Virus record (IMG/VR): IMGVR_UViG_2140918002_000003
Span: 1 to 63,087 of that record
DNA: 63,087 nt
Strand: one strand, 5' to 3'
Source: a virus
Taxonomy: Duplodnaviria > Caudoviricetes
A program made the translations under genes and the position numbers. Positions 9,769-18,620 of this stretch are shown in pieces; positions within the stretch are counted from its first letter, which is position 1, and each line of letters opens with the position of its first letter. The notes under the pieces were generated by a model. That model searched no databases, was not told the origin of the DNA, and was given only the letters and a program-made list of their open reading frames with translations.

Positions 9769-9954
9769 ATGAAACAGTTCAGTGTTAAGACTAAAGCAGA
9801 TTCATTTCCCAAGTCTATATACAAAGGGATATGCGGTGATTGTAAAAGGGAATGGCAGTCTCTATGGTTATGCGGTCACAGACCAAATATTGTTGCTATA
9901 TGCTTTGTGTGTTATGTCAAAAGTCACAAGGATACTCCGGTCAGAATCTTATAA
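9769..9954 (+). CDS. Small Zn-finger protein
   Basis: CGDC...CFVC. Confidence 0.55.
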   Translation: MKQFSVKTKADSFPKSIYKGICGDCKREWQSLWLCGHRPNIVAICFVCYVKSHKDTPVRIL

Positions 9955-10705
9955 CCCAGAAGTCGTCTGCTAGGTTTTTATTCTTCATGTATTCGTATGG
10001 CATTGTAAAGAATCCTTGATTTCCCCAGTTAGTCCCCCAAGAATTCATACACAGAAATCTTTGAGTTGCATTGTCGTAACCAACGCAGAGAACTGCATGT
10101 CCCCCTATGACACTTTCAGTGTCAAAGTTAGGCATAGGAACTACACCAGATTCATTTGCATCCCAGAATGATTCATAGACAGCAAATCCAAACGTGAACG
10201 GATGACCTTCAGCAAGACATGCTCTCATCTGAGCAAATGTGTTTATTCTTTGATATGAAATTGTCTTGTGCAACCTTGCTTCGTTGTAGCATTCTTTGGT
10301 CGGTTTGTCAGCAAATTTCCCAATTTGATATTGCCACATAGACTCAGGACATACTCCCTTTCTGTTAAGGGACTTGATTCCGTCTCTGATGATTGCTCCA
10401 CTATCTTCGTTGACAGTATTGATATATACTCTTTCATTATAATACAGAAATAATCTTGAATAGTCTACTAAGGGTTCTCCGTGTTTTAGTTCTAAGAATT
10501 CTAAAGCAGATATCAAAGCGTTTGCAGTGCAGGATCCGAGATTACCCTGATCTTCTACAGGTGGACATTTATCTCTCAGGTCTACGCTACTGACAGGTTT
10601 AACGAACTTTGGTTTGAATGTATAGTCTCTTGCATCTGGAACATCAGGCAACCATCCAAAACCCTTTCTCAACTTCTTACCTTTCTTTGGTCTTACTCTA
10701 ACCAT
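9941..10705 (-). CDS. Papain-family (C1) cysteine peptidase
   Basis: DQGNLGSCTANA (oxyanion Gln, catalytic Cys), GGHAV (His), NSWG (Asn), WGxxG; CTTATAAA about 26 nt upstream. Confidence 0.95.
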   Translation of the reverse strand: MVRVRPKKGKKLRKGFGWLPDVPDARDYTFKPKFVKPVSSVDLRDKCPPVEDQGNLGSCTANALISALEFLELKHGEPLVDYSRLFLYYNERVYINTVNEDSGAIIRDGIKSLNRKGVCPESMWQYQIGKFADKPTKECYNEARLHKTISYQRINTFAQMRACLAEGHPFTFGFAVYESFWDANESGVVPMPNFDTESVIGGHAVLCVGYDNATQRFLCMNSWGTNWGNQGFFTMPYEYMKNKNLADDFWVIRF

Positions 10706-10753
10706 ATTCTATTCTCAGTTATCCCTATTGTTTATAAGTGCTAAGAAAAGAAA

Positions 10754-11219
10754 ATGGATAAAGAATTGAATAGAAGGAAGTTAACCTGTGTGCAATGTGG
10801 ATGGACATGTGTATGGGAGAAGAACATGAAAGATCATTTATGGGCATGGGACCATGCAGGATATCAGATTAAGAAATGAAATGTCCTAATTGTGAATGTG
10901 ATACACTACAGGTAATTATTCAAGGAAGCAAATTCGATTTACTCAAATGTTTTAATTGTGATTTCAAAGGAGCGTATAGAATCATAGATGAGTAGATGCA
11001 AGAAGTGTAAAAAAGAAATCAAATCAATGCAAGCATATACTGTTAGATTCATTTATGATAAGAATGGTAAAGAGAAGAAGATAGGTGTGTATCACTTGGA
11101 GTGTGCTAAATGAATTGAAAACAAGATACTACTTTTGTAAATCATGTAAAAGGTTTAACCTTGATTACAGTAAAAACAAATGTCCCTTCTGTGGTAGTAT
11201 TATAGAGAGTTTAGGTTAA
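10754..11219 (+). CDS. Four tandem Zn-finger microprotein ORFs (each under 45 aa, not in ORF track)
   Basis: MDKELNRRKLTCVQC...H...H; MKCPNC...CFNC; MSRCKKC...HLEC; (L)KTRYYFCKSC...CPFC; overlapping or adjacent stops and starts. Confidence 0.6.
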
Positions 11220-11791
11220 GATAGGATACCTTTAGTGCTAGGGGTAGTAAGGGACTCTATCACCATACTACCCCTGATACCATACTATCTTAATACCTAA
11301 ATACTACCTCTTCCTAAAATACCACCATCTTCCAATGTCTTTGAAACAAATCCTACATCCAGACTCACCAAGTAGGGAAGATGGGCTACTAACTCTTATA
11401 CATACATATCTCTCTAAGTAGTAACACAAAGAAACCTCAGTAAAAATACCTGTCCATATACAGAGTGGTGCTGCATTTTACCATTACTTGGTATTGGTAA
11501 CAAAAACACCGGAGAATTTATTTAAAGATTAGTTCTTTGATTAGTAACAAAAGAAAGAAATAATATTTTTTTTGATATTAAAATTGGAAACAAAAAAAAT
11601 ATTTGGAATTCAAAAAGTAAAAAGTTGCTGCTCAAACAATCTTATCTATCAATACCCTTATACCACATATAAACATCAATTAACCTTTATGATGTTAACT
11701 AATCAATCAATGCATTAATAATATTATTAATCAATACTTACAATACTACATTATACCTTAATCGTATTACATTCCATTATCGATATTACTA

Positions 11792-12334
11792 TTAAGGTTC
11801 TACTTTGTTGTTTTGTTCTTTTAGTTTTGGTAAGTTTAAAGTCATATAATTAATAGGTTTATTATCTTCTGTTATATCGTTAGTATTCTCTAGTGATAAT
11901 ATAGATTCTAAGTGTTCTAATCTCTTCTTATAATCATCAATTAAGATTGATGCAATTGAATCCTTGTAAGTTTCCCTTAATGAATTGTCTAAATCGATTA
12001 TTGTTTTTGATGCATAAATCTTATCTTTTGTTGTTATATCACTTTGTGTCCCGTTCTTACCCTTATCCGTTTTTAAAATACTCCATAAAAATAATTTAAC
12101 ATTATTCAAGTCATTTATTATAGTCGAGAAGTAGAAACATAATTCTGTATTGCCTAAATCCCTTAACTGGTTTAATCCTTCTTTACTGATATATTCCTTA
12201 TCTTTGTATATTGTATCAATAGAACAATTTAATTTATTTGCTATTTCATATAAGGATAAACCTGATCCTAATAATGATATTAACTTTAATCTTCTCTTCT
12301 GTATATTGATATTATTGGATCCTTTACTTTTCAA
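11792..12334 (-). CDS. HTH DNA-binding protein, candidate terminase small subunit
   Basis: N-terminal HTH LSLYEIANKLNCSIDTIYKD followed by helical oligomerisation-like segments; the TerS role is inference. Confidence 0.6.
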   Translation of the reverse strand: MKSKGSNNINIQKRRLKLISLLGSGLSLYEIANKLNCSIDTIYKDKEYISKEGLNQLRDLGNTELCFYFSTIINDLNNVKLFLWSILKTDKGKNGTQSDITTKDKIYASKTIIDLDNSLRETYKDSIASILIDDYKKRLEHLESILSLENTNDITEDNKPINYMTLNLPKLKEQNNKVEP

Positions 12335-12396
12335 TATGTATAATTATGCAATAATCAAACATGAATAAAAGGATTAATTAGAAATAAATAATAATT

Positions 12397-12439
12397 GTGA
12401 TAAAAGATAATGACAAGATTTACTTTAAGATTAATTAGT
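12397..12439 (+). repeat. Left arm of an imperfect inverted repeat (partner 17634-17673)
   Basis: gtgataaaagataatgacaagatttactttaagattaattagt versus reverse complement of the right arm, gtgataaaaagataatgacaagattttaaaattaattagt. Confidence 0.9.
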
Positions 12440-12754
12440 TTATTCTATATCTAAGTGTATAATTATAATCTAAATTATGTTTTTTTGCTAATTCGTTATT
12501 TAATGCAATTGCTATAAATTTCTCTATTTGATCTATAGAATAAGTTTTATTTTTTCTGTTAATCACTTGGATCCATAAATTCAAATCAATATCGAATTTA
12601 ACCATTTTTAATTTATTCCTTATCTAAACAATCATCACAAATAAAATTTTCAATATCTGCGAAATAATGAGTCGTAGAAAATAAAGCATTGCATTCTTTA
12701 CAATTAAAATAAACATAAGATTCATCAGGAAAATTATTTTCATCCATTTTATTA

Positions 12755-13384
12755 TCACTCGAATTTTAATGAATATTGTTCTAGTGTCTGTAATATTGGA
12801 TCCACAGATTCTTTATTATTTTCTGATAAACATGCAACTTGCACCGCTTGACGCATATTTGGATCCTCTTGTCTTTTTTCTGTGAATATTTTCCATATTT
12901 GATCCGTGATATAATAGGCAATTTCTTTATTTTTTCCATATTGAGACATTAAGAGTTTTTGGGATATCTCATAAAATTCTTGTTTTGTATATTTCGGAAT
13001 ATTCAACACTAAAAATCTAGTTTTTAACGGTTCCATAATTTTATCAATATAGTTGCCTGTACATATTGCTATAGTGCTAGACATGTCTTTTTTTCTAATT
13101 CTTTTAAATTTTGTTTCTTGTAATATTCCAGATTCTAAGAGATTTAAAAAAGTTGCCTGATGTTCTTTTAACAACTTATCTAATTCATCAAGCAGCAAAT
13201 AATCAATATCATGATTAAACATATATTCAATTACACCGCTTGAGGTCAAAGTAGTTGCATCAAGATAATGAACATTATAACCTTGATTTTTTAAATTCTC
13301 TTCGATAACTTTTAAAAATATTGTTTTAGATGTTCCTGCTGCACCGACAACTAAAACATGAATTTTTTTATCGTTTTTATTCAT
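12755..13384 (-). CDS. AAA+ ATPase (true 5' end probably near 13586, interrupted by two 1-nt shifts)
   Basis: Walker A variant GAAGTSKT, Walker B LLLDELDK, LNLLESG, sensor-1 TGN, Arg-finger-like LKTRF. The AAA N-terminal motif DWNKIIGYEKIKK lies in an adjacent frame just upstream. Confidence 0.85.
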   Translation of the reverse strand: MNKNDKKIHVLVVGAAGTSKTIFLKVIEENLKNQGYNVHYLDATTLTSSGVIEYMFNHDIDYLLLDELDKLLKEHQATFLNLLESGILQETKFKRIRKKDMSSTIAICTGNYIDKIMEPLKTRFLVLNIPKYTKQEFYEISQKLLMSQYGKNKEIAYYITDQIWKIFTEKRQEDPNMRQAVQVACLSENNKESVDPILQTLEQYSLKFE

Positions 13385-13736
13385 TAATGCCTTGGTGATT
13401 GTTTTTTAATTTTTTCATAACCGATAATTTTATTCCAATCAATTTTTATTTTTTTAGGATCCTTATTATTATTGTCGTTAATTATTTCTGTTTGTTGTTC
13501 TGTATTTTTTGTTTTTTATAAATTGGATAAGGTTTATTTTTTCTCTCTTCCAAGGGTTGATCTATTGGTAATAAATAATTAATCATCTGAATCTAAAACC
13601 CCTAATTTGATTAATGCTTTTTTTAGTTCTATATCTTCATCGAAATCATAACTTTCATTATCGATGATCCATTCCCCGAAAAAATTAGATATTGCATTAA
13701 TATCATTTTTGTTTAATTTTATTTTAATCAATTTCT

Positions 13737-13997
13737 TTAACTCCCATTATCAAACCTTGGATCATACTCAAGAACCTTAAACGATCTATTTTCATCTTTA
13801 TTTATTGCCTTATGTCCATTATCACAAATTTCCTGTTTATTTTCCCAAGATTGTTCTTTTGCTATTATTGATAAAACTTGATTTAATATATCAAATTGAC
13901 CATTTAATAATGCATCTTGAGGATTAACCCTTAATTTTTTTCCTATTTTGTTTATTTTATCAATACAGAATTTTTCTAAGTATTGTTCATTTATCAA
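13737..13997 (-). CDS. Hypothetical protein
   Basis: Part of the tightly packed minus-strand island operon. Confidence 0.65.
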   Translation of the reverse strand: MINEQYLEKFCIDKINKIGKKLRVNPQDALLNGQFDILNQVLSIIAKEQSWENKQEICDNGHKAINKDENRSFKVLEYDPRFDNGS

Positions 13998-14179
13998 TCT
14001 AAATCATCCCTATAATTCCGTTTATCTATTTCCCGATCATGTTGGTCTCTTAATTCATCCAATAAATTATATAATTTATCTTCTGACGTCCATAACTGAT
14101 TTATTAAATCATATAATTGATCCCTTGTCATTTTTTCCTTATCCTCATAGAATTCTAGTTTTAATTTTTCTAATTCCAT
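13994..14179 (-). CDS. Small acidic coiled-coil protein
   Basis: Packed operon; overlapping stop/start. Confidence 0.6.
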   Translation of the reverse strand: MELEKLKLEFYEDKEKMTRDQLYDLINQLWTSEDKLYNLLDELRDQHDREIDKRNYRDDLD

Positions 14180-14185
14180 TTTTAT

Positions 14186-14608
14186 TTAATCTGCTCCTAT
14201 AATCATTATGTCTTTTGGTATTCTAACATGTAGTTTTTTGCATAAGTCTTTTAATTGATCTATTTCCTGCTTTTCTATATCTTGGATATAATCGGATCCG
14301 CTATCTGACTCAATACCCCACAATCCACCAGATTTTAACGGTATCAATTGGCAGGAATTAGTCCCATCAATAGGAACTAAAATTTCTGTTTGAGCATAAA
14401 CGCCAATCATCCACCAATAACCGTTATTTGCATCATTCAATCTTTGCTTATCCTGATCCAAATATTTTTGTCTCTCAATTGGATCCTTAACATCATCATA
14501 ACTTTGTTGTAAATATGAGATATCAGGATATTGATCTATTTCGTGAACTAATTTTATAGCGTGAATATAGGGTTTTTTGTATATTTTCTTTAAGTCACAA
14601 TATACCAA
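14186..14608 (-). CDS. Hypothetical phage protein
   Basis: 140 aa containing SGGLWGIESDSG; GGAGGA upstream. Confidence 0.7.
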   Translation of the reverse strand: MVYCDLKKIYKKPYIHAIKLVHEIDQYPDISYLQQSYDDVKDPIERQKYLDQDKQRLNDANNGYWWMIGVYAQTEILVPIDGTNSCQLIPLKSGGLWGIESDSGSDYIQDIEKQEIDQLKDLCKKLHVRIPKDIMIIGAD

Positions 14609-14614
14609 TTTTAT

Positions 14615-15625
14615 TTATTCATCCTCCGATCCGATCCATCTTTTTGATTTAGGATCCCAAGTATAACCCCATTCCTTCATATTTGGATCATTTGGATCAT
14701 CACACTTGCAGGATCCATTATTTCGATAATGTTCTGGTGTTAAGATATATTGAGGACATTTAGAAATATCTGATTGTTTCATTAAATATACGGTTGCATT
14801 AAATTGCTTATCTCCCATATTGACAACTTCATTATGATGAGGTTGCATATTTTCAAGATATTTTTCTTTAAATTCTACGCTATAAGTCCCGTTCCAAATT
14901 GTATTGTAATGTTTTAAGGTATCTTGTTTATCATCATCATTTTTAAATTCTAATTCTTCGATTGTTATTGATAATTGAGTATCACCGTATTTATTATATC
15001 GAATATATCCATCAGGATCCGATCCCAAGGGTTCAAATTTCCTAAATCCGTATGAATGCATTATTTTTATTACTTCATGATCTACCGCTTCATAAGTTGA
15101 TGATTTTATCACTTTCCTAAATTCGGTATCATTCCCGTTCCATCCATCAATTAAGTAATATTTCATATTTGCCCTAGGTTCAGGAAAATCTTGATTTATT
15201 AAATCTTCTTGAATGCTTAACCAATCGCTTTTATTTCTTTTTTCATATGGTCCCCGTTCAAAAGTTGATCTACGATTAGGATCATAATGCATTGATTTAT
15301 GGAATGCATCAAAACCCCAAAAGTCATATGATAATTTACGATCATCAATGTCCAATTTATCGCATATATCACTTAAGTATTCTTTAATTCCTAAATAACT
15401 TAATGCTTGATAAATTGCTGATTTGCTAGATTCACTTACCGGAAAAACGTTTATTATTTCTAAATCTGTTTGACCGGATCCGGTTATGGGTTCAATTACT
15501 TTAACGGTTAAGATTTCATCATTATAGTGAATTAATCTAAATGCTTGACGTTTATTATCAAAGAATAATCTTGCATTCTTAACCGTGACCGCCCTAGGTA
15601 TTGCCTTAATAATTTGTTCTTGCAT
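14615..15625 (-). CDS. Hypothetical protein (336 aa, probably multi-domain)
   Basis: Long ORF with a C-terminal C...H...CxC motif. Confidence 0.75.
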   Translation of the reverse strand: MQEQIIKAIPRAVTVKNARLFFDNKRQAFRLIHYNDEILTVKVIEPITGSGQTDLEIINVFPVSESSKSAIYQALSYLGIKEYLSDICDKLDIDDRKLSYDFWGFDAFHKSMHYDPNRRSTFERGPYEKRNKSDWLSIQEDLINQDFPEPRANMKYYLIDGWNGNDTEFRKVIKSSTYEAVDHEVIKIMHSYGFRKFEPLGSDPDGYIRYNKYGDTQLSITIEELEFKNDDDKQDTLKHYNTIWNGTYSVEFKEKYLENMQPHHNEVVNMGDKQFNATVYLMKQSDISKCPQYILTPEHYRNNGSCKCDDPNDPNMKEWGYTWDPKSKRWIGSEDE

Positions 15626-15900
15626 TATCGATCATCCCTTTTGAAATATCCCTTTTCAAACCAACTAGAATAATCTTGTTTATTATGCCAACTTACATAA
15701 TATTGATTTTGATTATAATATGGTTTATTCATGCATATGTTAACGTTTTTCATCTCTGATCTATTTCTTGCATTCTGCTCAACGATTAACGCTTCATCAT
15801 AATTTGAGCATTCTATAACTAACTTGTTTACTTTGTCTTTTGCCATTCCCCAACCGCTCATAAATTTATCGGTCATTGACACATAATATTTATCTGTCAT
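15625..15900 (-). CDS. Hypothetical phage protein
   Basis: YVSMTDKFMSGWG; ATGA/TAATG overlaps with neighbours. Confidence 0.7.
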   Translation of the reverse strand: MTDKYYVSMTDKFMSGWGMAKDKVNKLVIECSNYDEALIVEQNARNRSEMKNVNICMNKPYYNQNQYYVSWHNKQDYSSWFEKGYFKRDDR

Positions 15901-16169
15901 TTTTCGTTTATCTCCTTATCTAGTAAAGGGGTTAAATCCTTTAATGGAATTTTTTGTTTTTTGTCAACTAACAACTTGATAAAAATTATGTGTTTACATT
16001 CATGTTTAGGGTTTAACTCGATATAATGGACATAATCAAAACAATTGCATAACCAATTATCATTATTTTGTTTTATGCTATAATATCCATTATCTTTTGA
16101 TGCTTTAACTGCAAAAAATGTCGATTTCTTATCTGCAAAAACGGTATCTTTGTCCATTTTATCAAACAT
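15897..16169 (-). CDS. SWIM-type Zn-finger protein (may start at the ATG near 16251)
   Basis: WLCNCFDY...ECKHI matches the SWIM CxC-xn-CxH motif. Confidence 0.75.
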   Translation of the reverse strand: MFDKMDKDTVFADKKSTFFAVKASKDNGYYSIKQNNDNWLCNCFDYVHYIELNPKHECKHIIFIKLLVDKKQKIPLKDLTPLLDKEINEK

Positions 16170-16247
16170 TTTTTTTTGCTGACTCTAACCTTTTATTATA
16201 TTGTAGTTTTGGATCATAAACGCTTTTTATGTCGTTATTGTTCTTTG

Positions 16248-16448
16248 TCATTTTTCACTCAACCCCATTCTATAACCTGCAAGAAATCCAAAAACTTCTT
16301 TTATTATATCTCCGGTCTCTTCGATATCCAAATTAGGAAATCTTTTTACTAATATGCTATATGCATTATTTGAAATAATAAAATCCTTGGGAATTATTTC
16401 AAATTCTCTAGCGTATTTTATGCATTCATCAATTTTATTACTTGTCAT
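16248..16448 (-). CDS. Hypothetical protein
   Basis: Packed operon. Confidence 0.6.
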   Translation of the reverse strand: MTSNKIDECIKYAREFEIIPKDFIISNNAYSILVKRFPNLDIEETGDIIKEVFGFLAGYRMGLSEK

Positions 16449-16870
16449 TATTTCATCTCTCCCATAATATCATCAATGCTAAATGTATCTAAATCGTTTT
16501 TGAATTGATTCATGATATTGTCTAAGTTTTGTTTATTCATATAATCATCATCATCAATAATTATACAAACAATTTCGTGATCGGTGCTATTTCCAATATG
16601 ATTTTTATGCTTACACATAAAACTTTGATCCTCATAGATATCTGATTTTTCTTTTTGCATATGTGGATCCGTTAATTGTTGTCCGGTCTCTTCTTGGGAC
16701 TCTTCGACTATTTTTTGCCATTTATCACCAAAGCAGTATGCATGATAATTTGTTCTACATTCTAAATCTAACGATTCTAGATTTTGACCCTTTACGATTT
16801 GGATTGTTGTAAGTATTGTCATTGATGCAAAGAATGCAGTAAGAAAGATTAACAAATAAAAATTATTCAT
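16448..16870 (-). CDS. Secreted or membrane-anchored Cys protein
   Basis: Signal/TM N-terminus; LECRTNYHAYC resembles LGLCLRHFQRYC of 21405-21758. Confidence 0.65.
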   Translation of the reverse strand: MNNFYLLIFLTAFFASMTILTTIQIVKGQNLESLDLECRTNYHAYCFGDKWQKIVEESQEETGQQLTDPHMQKEKSDIYEDQSFMCKHKNHIGNSTDHEIVCIIIDDDDYMNKQNLDNIMNQFKNDLDTFSIDDIMGEMK

Positions 16871-17064
16871 TAATCAATCACCTGATTAAATCCTGACAAT
16901 ATCATAGATTCAATCTGTTGTTTATGCCACACAAAACACCGATTTGCTACATGATCGAATAATTGACATTGATACCAATCAATATCTATTTTTTCGATTT
17001 CTATTTCTACGGATCCATTTATCCAAAGTGATACATCTTTGGTTTTTTCGATTTCTTGATTCAA
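16870..17064 (-). CDS. Hypothetical protein
   Basis: Packed operon. Confidence 0.6.
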   Translation of the reverse strand: MNQEIEKTKDVSLWINGSVEIEIEKIDIDWYQCQLFDHVANRCFVWHKQQIESMILSGFNQVID

Positions 17065-17321
17065 TCTAGTTGCACCTTTTCAAGATGGACATAAACCTTA
17101 ATTGCATTATCCAAGGGAAAGAATGCATGAATATCCGATCCTAATTCTGTATTTATGTCGTTAATCATTGATGTAGTCACAAAACTAAAAGTCAATATCA
17201 ATGATTCTTTATTTTCTGAATTAACAAAGTATTCAGTTTTTTCTAAGTTATCATAAAAAACAGAATAACTTAGAGTATTCACGATCCGATCTTCAATTTG
17301 TCTTAATTGTTCTTGTTGCAT
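17061..17321 (-). CDS. Hypothetical protein
   Basis: AAGGAG upstream; first clearly supported gene of the island operon. Confidence 0.65.
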   Translation of the reverse strand: MQQEQLRQIEDRIVNTLSYSVFYDNLEKTEYFVNSENKESLILTFSFVTTSMINDINTELGSDIHAFFPLDNAIKVYVHLEKVQLD

Positions 17322-17633
17322 TATTCATTATCTCCTTGTTTCATTATGGAATTTATAATAAAACTAAATTCCCGTTCTTGTTTGTTCAATGGTATAAATT
17401 TATTCAAGTTATACCAATCTCCTTATCGTTCTTGAGACATTGTTTAAAAATTGTCTCTTTGTCGTTTTTCCGATTAAAAAACTGTATTCTAAATATTCCA
17501 GTTTATTTAATGGATCATTTTTTAATGATGTTTGATCTAACATCGCTATATTGTTCTTGTCGAACATTAAGACTTGAACAAAAAAATTATTCAAGTTTCG
17601 ATTTAATTAAAATCTCTTCAGTTAATGCTTACG

Positions 17634-17673
17634 ACTAATTAATTTTAAAATCTTGTCATTATCTTTTTATCAC
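17634..17673 (-). repeat. Right arm of the inverted repeat (partner 12397-12439)
   Basis: See left arm. Confidence 0.9.
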
Positions 17674-17992
17674 CTGAAAAATCTACTTTTATGAATTCTG
17701 CTTAAGTGGTCAATGTCTCGCATCGACTCGCATTAAATGCTTTTCAGATAAACAGAATCGAATTTCTATTTTTCAGTTTTTACGCTTACAGTTAAGCGGA
17801 TTATGATTTTTAACCGCTCTTGATTGGACATAACCAACCTAATCAAGCAGATAACAGATTTTTAAAATTACATTTTAATTCAAAAGAATTACGGGAGCAC
17901 AGTATATAAAAGAATCTTTATTTCTTTGTTTTTTACTGTTTTTTGTCTAAGTAAAATTCTAGAAATTAGAAAATCTAAATATTAGAATAATA

Positions 17993-18104
17993 GTGTTACT
18001 AATTAAGGTAAATTAAAAATAATGTTACCAAATATAAGTATACTCAAATTAGTAACATTATATAGTTTGGTCCCTAATTGGTAACAATACCCAAGTTGGT
18101 AACG
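17993..18104. promoter_or_regulatory. Cluster of five TTRGTAAC motifs (two inverted, three direct)
   Basis: gttactaa, gttaccaa, ttagtaac, ttggtaac, ttggtaac in non-coding DNA; related copies at 11420-11592. Confidence 0.6.
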
Positions 18105-18119
18105 TTTTTTTGGTTTTTC

Positions 18120-18195
18120 TCAGACTGCTCAGCAGAGAGGCATCAGCAGAGAATGCCTCAGCAAAGAATTCAGCACACTGATCCTCAGCAGAGGT
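18120..18195 (+). repeat. Five TCAGCA repeats spaced 12-15 bp
   Basis: tcagca at about 18129, 18143, 18158, 18170 and 18185. Confidence 0.8.
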
Positions 18196-18389
18196 TGTCT
18201 CACGCCAGCGGGCACGGACTTGCACGCTCCTTCAGTAGTGCAGATGAGTGTGCATGCGTTTGTGTGCTTGCGTGTGTGTGGGCGTGCACATGCCAGCATG
18301 CACCTCTACCTGTGTGTGTTAGGCGTTGAGAAGTGATCAAAATACGTCAACATAATATTTACGGATTACTGAACTGTATTAGTTTAGAC

Positions 18390-18620
18390 CTATGGGATTA
18401 ACCGTGGTTCTCTCTCTACAACGAATATGTTGACTCGCTTTGCCTTGAAGCAATCGTTGCACTGCTTACAATAGAGTTCTAGAGAATCTAACATTTCTAT
18501 GCAACCAACATTGAGATTCATAGAATCGAGATGGGATTTGCTTGGTTCAACGTCAAAATATTCCTTTGGAGTCGAGTGACCACACATCAGTCCTAGGGTC
18601 CTGCCAATCTTCATTGACAT
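18390..18620 (-). CDS. Small Zn-binding protein
   Basis: CGH...CKQC; TATA-like element upstream. Confidence 0.55.
   Translation of the reverse strand: MSMKIGRTLGLMCGHSTPKEYFDVEPSKSHLDSMNLNVGCIEMLDSLELYCKQCNDCFKAKRVNIFVVEREPRLIP

Noticed and set aside
12755-13384. AAA+ ATPase as an MCM helicase or Orc1/Cdc6 initiator
   Set aside because: It is too short and lacks the MCM N-terminal OB/Zn region and a recognisable Orc1 winged-helix domain; only a generic AAA+ call is supported.
16167-16251. A9 run separating an upstream ATG from the SWIM ORF as a programmed slippage site
   Set aside because: Several A-run frame breaks occur in this AT-rich island (also near 12550 and 13400-13520); homopolymer consensus error is more parsimonious without read data.
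18078-18329. ORF-track 83-aa ORF (QQR and CVC repeats)
   Set aside because: The translation simply reflects the TCAGCA and (GT)n DNA repeats, with composition unlike the real genes; treated as non-coding.
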